From NCBI GenBank assembly GCA_000708835.1, contig DF237039.1, positions 62,001 through 126,000 on the forward strand: DNA of 64,000 nt, given 5' to 3'. Below the pieces are notes generated by a model. That model was not told the DNA's origin. It worked only from the letters and a program-made list of their open reading frames with translations, and made no database searches. Position numbers and translations under genes: made by a program. Below are positions 47,936 through 57,493 of this stretch, one piece after another (position 1 is the stretch's first letter; every line of letters starts with the position of its first letter). This DNA comes from Klebsormidium nitens (Eukaryota > Plantae > Klebsormidiophyceae).

Positions 47936-49863
47936 TTTTGCGGTGGCGTGTAAGGGCCACTAGGGAGGGGGGGGGAGGTTTAGAGGGCTGGATTGAAATT
48001 GGCGGTGCGCGATGTGGGGGAGCTGAATGGAATTTGCATGGCTGTCATAAGGACACAGGGCTAGCGAGGACTGAGCTTGCAACGTTGTCCTCTGAATGAA
48101 GCTGCCGCGGGGCTTTCTGAGCTCATTGGAGCTGAGTACGCAAGGGAGCTGCGCACTTGCATCAGCTGACGACTTGCTTTAGGACCGAAAGCATTTCAGC
48201 AGGAGGATTGACAGGTACGGCGAGGGGCAAAAGCTCATGCGATGTAGGGGTGCGACGCCTACAGGCAGAGACTGTGTCTTCCTGACGTACCAATTCTTGT
48301 TTCTCAGATTTTGACTGAAATTGAAAGGAGTATAGCTTAGATGATGGGGCCTGAAAGATCACTTTCCCCGGATTGCCCATCAGGCAACGACTTTGAAAAG
48401 CATATTGGTCCACATCCCTCCTTGGTATAGCCGGCTATCATATGTTCAGAAGAAAGTGTTTTAGACTGACAGCTAGCTCCAGAGATGCTCAGGTTCATTG
48501 AATTCAAGTCCCAAAAACACTGCATCTGTTGACTATGTACACTTCCGTCCCTTCCTCTCTTCTGCTTCCTTATGATGATTAGACGACGCCCCTGAGATGA
48601 GCTCGATGCCGGCCCTATCATTATATGCTCAGCTGGAGCCTGATTGAGGCAACTGGCGCTCAACGCTGCAATCATTGACTCCCAAAATGACGAGCAAAAG
48701 CTACCTGGATGGATGTGCTGCCACGCAAAGTCACAGGGCGCAGGACTGTGCGCAGCAGCATAAGTGTATGACATTGACAGTGTACTTTGATACTGTATAC
48801 ACGAGCCTGAAATCAGAGTCCGAACCCGCCATCATGCGCAAGTCTACTGTCTGCCATGCTGGCATGGTCCCGGCATGGCAATCAATAGCTTTCCAGACTT
48901 TCGGGGACAGAGGCGGCGACCATAGACTGCTCAATCTAGACTGCTCTAGACTTCTACTACTACTAGGTACTACCGGTACTAAGTACCGGACCAGCTGACC
49001 AGCTATGTACTGCGAAGCACTAGCAAGCGCAAAAGGAGCGCCGGCTGTAATATTTCTACAGAATCTACTACTCGCGTAGAATTCATCGACGGTGTTGAGC
49101 ACATCTAAGCTTTTATCGACGACCATCCTTCCTCATAGCTTATCTGACCCCATCCAATCGCGCTATAAGTATGCAACACCTTATTTATTTGGATTTTCCG
49201 CGTCGCACAGGCTGTCGGCATTGCATGAGTGCCACGAGTCTGGTCGTGCCGCCGAGTCAGCTGCATTTGCACTATTCCATATAGCTTATGTGCTCCGCTT
49301 CATTGCACCCTTCATCAATGCCGAAATTAGCGGACACAATCTGATAATATCTGGACGAGCGCCGCTCCTACATGTCAGGCTGTCCCCGGCCCGCAGGCCC
49401 GGGCGGGCAGCATCACGGAATGTCTCCGCCAATTATGTGGCTGGCCCTGGCCTAGGTCCTAGGTAGTAGGGATGTTATAACTTATACCGGTACACTCATG
49501 CTCCGTGTCTTGTCGTCTTCGAGCTGTCCTGAGAAAGCTGATAGCAGTGCAGTGCAGCTCTCCTCGTATATTGGACACTCAACATTGCGTGGTGGCGGGG
49601 GTTGGAGAAAGTCGTATGCTAGAACTTCAAGTTCTACTAGAAGTGTTGTGTGGAAAGAATTGTATGCTATGTGGTTTTTCTGGAGAGAGTTGTATGCTGT
49701 AAGAGTGTTGAGGGGTTGAAAGCTGAGGGAAAGCTGTATGCTATAGGAGTTGATCTGAAGAAAGTCGTGTGCTGTGATATGATAAGCCCGGCTGCGGAAG
49801 ATTGCTGCTGGCCATCCGGTATCTTATTAATAAGACGCCAGGTTCTGCAGCTCGCTCCTTACA

Positions 49864-52800
49864 ATGGAGATCTCTGAAGAAGGACAGGGGGCAAGCAATG
49901 TAGGGCCAGTTGTCGACCTTAGCAATGCAAGCTGCTCCAAAACGCCATCAGAAACGCCAGTTCCATCAGCAAATGCCATGGGACCCGCTTTGAACGGGGC
50001 TAATTCACTGAGCATCTGGACGCGCTTCCAGTTGGTGAGGAAGAAGCCTCGCCTGTTGAATTCTTCAGACCGCCGAACGTGCACGAAAACGTGGGGTTAT
50101 TGTTGATATGCTGGAAGTGTGGGGATTCAACAGAAAGCTGACGCTTTACATTTGAAAATGCTTGTGGCCTGAGAATGGTGGTGAAAACTTACTTCAAAAT
50201 TCTCAGCAGAGTGGTTATCCGAGGAAGTTGCCCAAGCCAAGTTCAAATAGATCTGGTGCATTTATCTCCTAAGGAAAATGGCCGTCCCTTTCCACCTCTG
50301 CATCATCAGCTCTGCTTGCAGCTTCAGTTGCTTTGATTTGGTTGTTCATCGAAGCTGATCTTTGAACTCGCTCAAGGTACAAACGTCTGGTGGTACCTTT
50401 TGGGCTTCGGGGCTGAGGAGTCCGCTTCTCATGTGGCGGAATGTATATGTGGCAGTGAGGAAGTCTATGTTCAGACACCTCAGTTTTTGGACTTATACTC
50501 ACAGTCTACACCTCCAACTCAGTCTCCTTTATGAATCACTGCTTGGGGGTCTTTTAAGTTGACAGGTTTTCCAAATGTGACTCATCATATGTGCAGGTTG
50601 TTTTCTGGCTTGGGGTGCCCTATGTCTTACCAGCCTTTAAAAGTAAGGACAAGCTAAGTGAGAGTCAAAGGAAGGCATTGGCATCGTATTACCACTAATT
50701 ACTTGTGTTTGTAATAGGTTGAAGAGAAATTTGTATCTCACTGCTCAGTCTACTTTATTCTGAAACTGCGATAGCCTTCTGCCATCTGTAGCAAGCTGCT
50801 GAGACCACTTGTCCTGGCATGAATCTGTTTTCAGAATTTCTTGAGTGTCCTCTTACTATTCTATCAAGTCATCCACAAGGCTTGTTCATTTCTTTGTCGT
50901 GTCGCCAGTAATCCTGCCACAGCTGACTTTTTAAAAGCAAAAAGCCTACCAGCATGTGCTAAAACATAAAAAGAAAAAGAGCGAAGCATACTCCTGTGTT
51001 TTTCACTCAGAGACCACTTGTTTATCAAAAAACACTTGCGTCATATTGCAGCAATCATGCAGCAGTCTAATCTGCTTCTTCATCACCAAAGAAAAATGGC
51101 TAATCAAGAGTTTTAAACTTGCAGGACGACAAGTCTCAGTCACCTTTTTGGGGCCCACCACTGCACTTCAGACAAAGAAACTCTATGTAAGCACTGACTC
51201 TATGTAAGCACATCCGAGATTTCAGAATGTGGCTAAATCTTCATGTTTCCCTCGTAGTAGCATGCCTAATCAAGCTTTCTCAACCTGCAGGAGAACAAGT
51301 CTCAGTCCACCTTGGGAACCCCCCAGTGCATGCAGCTTGACGCCAATATGCGCCCCCTTCTGGCTCCCCCCTTGAAACTGCCGCCTGAGATAGCTGCTGT
51401 CGTCAGCCCGAAGTCCGTACTGAGTCGGAGCTTCTCAACGGCCAAAGCTGAGAAAGCTGTCAGCCCCACGTCAGTTCTTCATGGAAGCTTCTCCCCAAGC
51501 AGTGGGGAGGGGAGTCTCAACAGTTCGGATGAGGTCCGTAAATCTTTTACTGTTTCAACACAATGAAACTCAGTGCTTCTACTTGAATGGAAACAGAGCA
51601 CTGACCAACTCGTAATGCAGATTTAATTGCTTGACAGAGCCAAGCTTGTTTGTCAGACGTAGGGGTGTGTGAAAGTAAAAGCATCGTCGTCTAGCACTTC
51701 TCTCACTTATATTGCGAAACCACTTGTTGGTAGGGAGTACTTCACTTGCATATCAACAGTTCAAGCTCGAAAAGAACTCGCGTGTTATAAAGACTGAGGT
51801 CTCAGAACTTCACACGAGAGTCAAGACAGAGCACAAAAATAGGGTTATAGGTCGTCCGTATTTGCAGTCGTGTGCTCTGTCTGGCCCCTCCTAGTCTCTT
51901 CTTTCTGTGACCTGACGACAAGTCGACACAAAGCGCTTCGGCTTTGAAAAGACTGAGGTTTCAGAACTTGACACAGAATTTATGTAAAGCAGGAATGAAA
52001 GTCGTCCTTATCTTCGACCGTACTTGCGCCTTCAGTTTGGCCCCTTTTAGTCTCACTCTCTTTCACAGGACGACAAGTCGACACATAGCACTTCGTTTTG
52101 TTTTTTGGAAGGACTCAAGTTCCAGAGATCTACACGAAAGTCAAGACACAGGTTTCACAGCGATAGGGTAGAGGTCGTCCCTATCCTTAAACGTGTGCTC
52201 TGATTGGTCCCTTCTAGTTTTTCTTTCTTTGACAGGACGACAAGTCGACAAAGAGCACTTAGGTCGTGGAAGGACTCAGATGTCAGACTTTTACACGGTC
52301 AAGGTACAAGTTTTCCGAAAAATAGGGTTGGAGGTCGTCCTTTTAATCAAACGTGTGCTCTATCTGGCCCCGTCTAGGTTTTTTTCTTCCACAGGACGAC
52401 AAGCCGACACAAAACACTTCAGTTTGGAAGGATTTAGTTTCAAAACACGAAAGTCTAGATACAGGCTTTCACAAAAACAGGGTCAAAGGTCGTCCTTATC
52501 TTTAAGCGTGTGCACTATCTGGCCCTTCCTGGTGTCTCTCTTTCACAGGACGATAAGGCGACCCAGAGCACATCGGTTCTGGAAGGACGCAGATTTCAGA
52601 ACTTAACAAGGAAGTCGTATTTGTTTCACAAAAAGAGGGTTAGAGGTCGTCCTTTTGTTCAAACGTATGCTCTATCTGGCCGCTTATTGCCCCTCTCTTT
52701 CTGTTACAGGATGACAAGTCAGTTGCTTCGTCCGAGTCTGAGGAGGAGCCTTGGCCACGTGAGGGCTCCTTCATGGCCTTCGGAAACGCCTCAAAGAAAG

Positions 52801-55800
52801 CGGAACCGGAGCCTGAAGATCAACAGACGCCTGAAACGGAGCAGAACGGAGGCTCCTCTGAAGGCATCGAGCAGAAAGAACCGGACGGAATCGCGTCAGC
52901 AAAAGGCATCATTAGGCTGATGCCAGAAGTCTGCGTCGCCGGGACGTCGTTCGAAGAGAGCATCGCCGCGCTGTCAGCAATCGCTGCGGCAGAGACCGAA
53001 GCTCCAGAAGAGAACGGAACGGAGGCAGAGGAAAGCCTGCTTGGGGCGGAACCGGAAACACCAAAGCGGAACGGAACTACACATGAGGCCGTACCTACTG
53101 TGACGTCTGTGCGCCGGTCATCATCACTGAAACCGAAGGAGGGAGAGGAGGAGGGTAAACTGAAGAAGGCAACTAGGAAGGGGCGCAGTTTGTCCCCTTG
53201 GAGAAGATCGGGGGAAAAAGACAAGCCGACATCCGGGAAGGAGCAAGGGCTTGTGAACGTCGAGGAAGCGCGGGCGGCTGCGAGAAAGGTTGCCGCCGCA
53301 GTTGGGCCTGCGATGCTGATGCGGGCCAGGCGACCTGCCTTGACACCACTGAAGGTACGTGTCAAAATTATGTGTGCACTCAAAAGACGCGCCACCTGTT
53401 CTAGCCTGAACATATGCTTTGTTCGCGTCCTTTCTCTGCGTTTCTGCAAGAGAGTAAGCTTTACGTTGTTCTGCTGATTTGTTTCGTGGCACCGTTCCAC
53501 CGTTTGGAGAGGCGATGTACCACTTCTTGCCACATGAATTGATACCTTCTGATGCTAACATAAGGAACCGTTGGAAAGGAACATGTCTCTGTCGCTCTCT
53601 TCCTTCCTTAAAAACAAAAGACTCCACCGATTGGCGACGGGGTCAGTTCTGTACAACAGGCTTTCCCCTCACAAAACGGAATGCTCTGTGTTTTTCAGCA
53701 GTTTTCAATGGATGCAAGGAACCAGTCAGAATGTCTTGACGTGTTGTGCCTGTTTGCAACACCGGGACAGCTTTTATGTTTGTCAAAGCAAAGAAGGCCC
53801 ACTCTGCTCAACTGGTCATACTTTTTTATAATTACAAAAGTATTGCTTGTTCCAGGTTGGCTTCTCTGTGCAAAACGTCCGCTCGTACATTTGCAGATTC
53901 CTGACCGTCCGGCGGGGAGCAGCGACGAATCCAATGGCTCCACTCCCAATAAGACGCCTTCCACCGCGACCTCAAACGCGCTGTCCCAGGGGCTCGACGC
54001 GGATGGGAAACCAAGGACGGCAGAGGTGCGAACCGTGCTCCCCACGACAAACGCTTCGCAACGGATCAGCGTTGATGCGTTGGATGCGGCTGTTGGATGC
54101 CTAGGTCGACTACTGATGGTCTCAAGGGTACATGTCCGGCTCTGTGTCGTATCTCTGTCGGTATGCTCGATCCGGTTTGAGGAGGCACATGCCGGCAGGC
54201 TCTTCTATCGGTGTTCTGTGGTTCCAAGTCTCTCCTATTTCGAGGTCTGGCTCAACTCGAGCCGCGGTCCCAATCGGTCTGAACTCTGATTATGCTTCGG
54301 CATCCCACTCCTCAAGTGCTCTCCTTTGCTTCTTTCTTGTCGTTCGAAAGTACTATGCATAATCAAGGCTGATGGTCCTCTTCCGCATTTACCTTTGCTG
54401 GCTTTTTCTCGCCTGGTTTCTTAACCCTTTGAAATCTGGTTGAGGTTACCTTCTATTTGGCTTGCAAGTTCGTATCAAATTTCAAACTGTGTAGTGAGGG
54501 CTTCGCAACACCTGCCCTCGAAATGTAACAACTTCGCTTTTCTTCCTTTCTGCCGCTTGGTCCTGATTGATATAGGGTTCTTGGCAAGGAAGGTACTACA
54601 AGTCAAATAGAAACTCGTATCAATCTAGTCGTACCACCCGCTCTTCCCGCTTGACTACCGTCACCGAAAATTCAAAGGGCAAATTCAGAAAAGTTATTTC
54701 TTTTTTGTTTGGATTATCCGTTGGTGCATCCTGGTATCTCTTGCTGAGTCTTGCGTTCGGGTGTTCTTCAGGCAACGTTTTTACTTGACTCCAAAGAATC
54801 CTTTAACTAACACGGTTGGCACCTCAACACACTTGGCACCTTCTAGCACCGTCGGTCTTCCTCTCTCCAGGGCTGAGTGCGAACTACATGGCCCTTCTGT
54901 CAGTTCTCGCTTGAGGAGCCAGCGCCAATTATTCTGCGACACCCGCTCTCTACAGCCATCGTTTTCTTTGAAAAACTAAGCTCTTCTTACCTTGTTTGTG
55001 ACTGTCCTTTTGCAGGAGCTGATCGCCAACTATATGGCCCTGCAACATTCCAACCTTCTGAAGCGCGTCAAAGCCAAGGCCAAAGCCGCCCTCGCCGCCA
55101 AAGACAAAGAGATCCGCGACCTGCGCGAGCGTCTGTCAAGCCAGGAGAGCCCCAAAGCACCTTCCGGGATCGTCCCCGGCAAATCGGACGGTCCAGAAGG
55201 CGCAACCGAATCGGACGGCGCGGCTACTTCGGCCGCAGTCGAACGGCTGCGCATCCTCCTGGCGAAGAGCCGCGCGGAGGTGGCCTTCAAAACGGAACGG
55301 CTGGCCGCGGCGGAACGGAACGTGGGGGCGCTGGAGGACGGGCTGTTGCTGTCGGGATGCCGGATCGCCGACCTGCAGGAACGGGTGGAGCTGGCGCAAG
55401 ACGACACGCACGTCGTGGCAACTAGCATGGGGGTGAAACTGCGGCAGAGGGAGGCGGATCTCGAAGCCGCGGAGGCGGAGAGGAGCGAACTGGTGCGTCA
55501 AGTTGCGGATCTTGAGGGTGAGATTCGCGAGGCCCTGAAGGAGAATGACGACCTCTTGGCGCGCGCGGCGGAGCTCGCGGACGAGAACGAGAAGCTGAAG
55601 AAAGCGGCGGAGGGAGAGAGCGCGCGCGAGAAGGCCGCCGAGAACGCGCGCGCGCGCGCGAGCACGGAGCGCGACGAGATGGCGGCGGAGCTGGAGGCGA
55701 TGGCCGCGATCGCGGACGTGGTGCAGCGCGCGCTCGCGAGCACGGGAGCGCGCGCGCGCAATTTGGAGTGTGAGCTCAAAATGGTGCGCGCGCATGGGGG

Positions 55801-57493
55801 ACCGGTGCGGGAAGAAGTCGGGGTGCTGAGGGCTAAGTTGGGAGAGACAGACAGGGACCTTGCAGCGGCGCAAGAGAAGCTGGTGGAAAGGGAGAAGGAC
55901 GTGGCGGCTCTGAAGAGAGACCTGATGAAGGAGAAGAAGGCCGCGGCGTGCCTGCGTGCCAAAGTTAAGGTGAGGCGCGTTCCCAATCTCTTTCGTTTAG
56001 AACACTTCCAAGTCTGTGATTAGTTCAGACCGGCAAGAAAGGGTGTTGAGAAAATTAGAAGACGTCAGTTTGCTAAGATTGTTGGTGCTTTTATAAGGTC
56101 AGAAGCGTCCTTGGGTGATCAAAACGTCTCTACTCAAAAGTGCCTTAGGTGATTAGAACGTCTCCTCGACGTTCATTTTTACGATAAGTCGCCTTTTTCA
56201 GCGCATATTTCCAGCGCATATGCCTGCGATCCTAGTGGTGGCGTTGTGTCTTTTCAGCGCTTGTACCTCCGATCTAAGCGGTGACAGTTGCTCTGTCAAT
56301 CGTGTTCCTCTTTGGAGAACCAAAGGGTCTGCTGTCACCTTAATTCAGGCAGAAGGTGCGACGCACTTACCACTCAAAAGATCTCGACAACAGGTTTCGC
56401 CGGTTTTCGCACCATTTCCGCTTAGCTCAGGGCAAAGAGACGAAAGCTTAAGTCTACCGTCCTCAGACTATCCGCTTGTCTTTCCTGCCCGAAACGGGTG
56501 CCTTTCTCATTGCGCGTCATCCGAAATCTAATTGTGATCATCTCCCTGCTCTTTCTCAGAAAATTTAGACCACTTTGCGAAGGAAAGCGCCCAATTCGAC
56601 TTTCCTTCAGGCCGAGTCACACTGAACCTGTTTGTGACCATCCCACTTCATTCTTGCAGGAAGCCGAAGCCTCCCTAGCGAAGGAGCGCGCGCGTCAGCG
56701 CGATGCCGACGAAGCCGCGCGCCTCCCGCCGACGCTCGCGCACTCTGTGACAGCCCACGTCGACCCGTTATTCGACGGGACGAGTTCCCAGAAAAACACC
56801 GATGACGTCAGCGGGGCGCTCCAGGAGAAGGAGAGCGAAGCGCAGCGGCTGGCGCGGGAAGTAGTAGCGGCGAACAAACGGGTGGGGAAGCTCCGGCAGC
56901 AACTAGACGCGGCGCGCGCGGCGGAGGAGGCGGCCCACGCCGCGGCGCACGCGAAAGACGAGGAGCGCGTTAAGCTGCTAACCGAGAAGGACAGGGAGAC
57001 GGAAAGGGTGCTGACGGAGAAGGACGAGGAGACGGTTAAGCTGCTAACCGAGCTCGAGAAGTCGCACGCGACGATCGTCGAGATGGGCGCGGAGCTGCAC
57101 GCCGCGGAGGAGCAGCGCGAGCGCGAGGTGCGCGCGCTGACGTCAGAGCTGGCCAAGGTGACGTCGGAGCTTGCGGCCGCGCGCGCGACGCTCGCGGAGG
57201 CGGAGGGAGACCTGGAGAGCGCGCGGTGGGAGGCGGCCGTCGTGGCGACGGAGAAGGAGAAAAAGATTAAGCGGCTGTCGGAGGAATTGGTCCAGAGCCT
57301 GGAGGCGCTTCAGCGGTTGGCGGGGGAGCGGGAGGAGCTGGCGCGCGAGCGAAACGCGCTGCGGGCGGAAACGAAGAGGTCCGGCGAAGCGGAAAACAGG
57401 GAGGCGGAGGTGTTTGCGGAGGAACTAGAGGCGGCGCAGGTCGCGCTCGAGAAGGCCCGCGAGGCCGTTCCCGAGCACGCCGCGAGCTTTTAG
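49864..57493 (+). CDS. Uncharacterised long coiled-coil protein with a disordered Ser/Glu-rich N-terminal half; probable exons 49864-50034, 51291-51533, 52710-53354, 53897-54025, 55016-55969, 56660-57493; about 991 aa
   Basis: GC-rich exons with clean phase-0 GT-AG junctions that join in frame; C-terminal ~600 aa rich in E/A/K/R/L heptad-like pattern; no family motif recognised; 5' exons uncertain. Confidence 0.75.
51097..51340 (+). repeat. 166-bp-offset duplication of an acceptor plus exon start in the coiled-coil gene
   Basis: gctaatcaag...cttgcag|gacgacaagtctcagtcacc (AG ends 51124) versus cctaatcaag...cctgcag|gagaacaagtctcagtccacc (AG ends 51290). Confidence 0.85.
51760..52735 (+). repeat. 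About six-unit, ~160-bp intronic tandem array, each unit ending in a pyrimidine tract, CAG and GACGAYAAG
   Basis: GAC/GAT-GAC-AAG starts at ~51914 (AG lost), 52069, 52236, 52395, 52549 and real exon start 52710; shared blocks ggaaggac.cag, aggtcgtcc, gtgtgctct.tctggccc. Confidence 0.95.
56971..57057 (+). repeat. 33-bp (11-aa) coding repeat LLTEKDRETER/VLTEKDEETVK/LLTE
   Basis: aagctgctaaccgag occurs twice with an intervening gtgctgacggagaaggac unit. Confidence 0.8.

Noticed and set aside
51760-52735. Repeat-spacer appearance suggesting a CRISPR array (also 37640-38140)
   Set aside because: Units are ~150 bp, degenerate along their whole length, intronic in eukaryotic genes and derived from splice junctions; there are no identical 25-45 bp repeats with unique spacers and no cas genes.
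52820-53533. Long antisense ORFs (also 55136-55873, 55498-55986, 45614-46222, 47403-47963, 1873-2475)
   Set aside because: They are shadows of GC-rich coding exons on the opposite strand, with no recognisable domains or splice structure of their own.
55970-56170. Additional donor echoes (ggtgat.a.aacgtctc repeats) after the main coiled-coil exon, and weak echoes at ~36598 and ~39823 in calreticulin
   Set aside because: Similarity to the real junction is too short to distinguish from chance by eye.
54992-57493. Calling the coiled-coil protein a myosin, kinesin or SMC
   Set aside because: No motor or ATPase motifs in any predicted exon; heptad character alone is not diagnostic.
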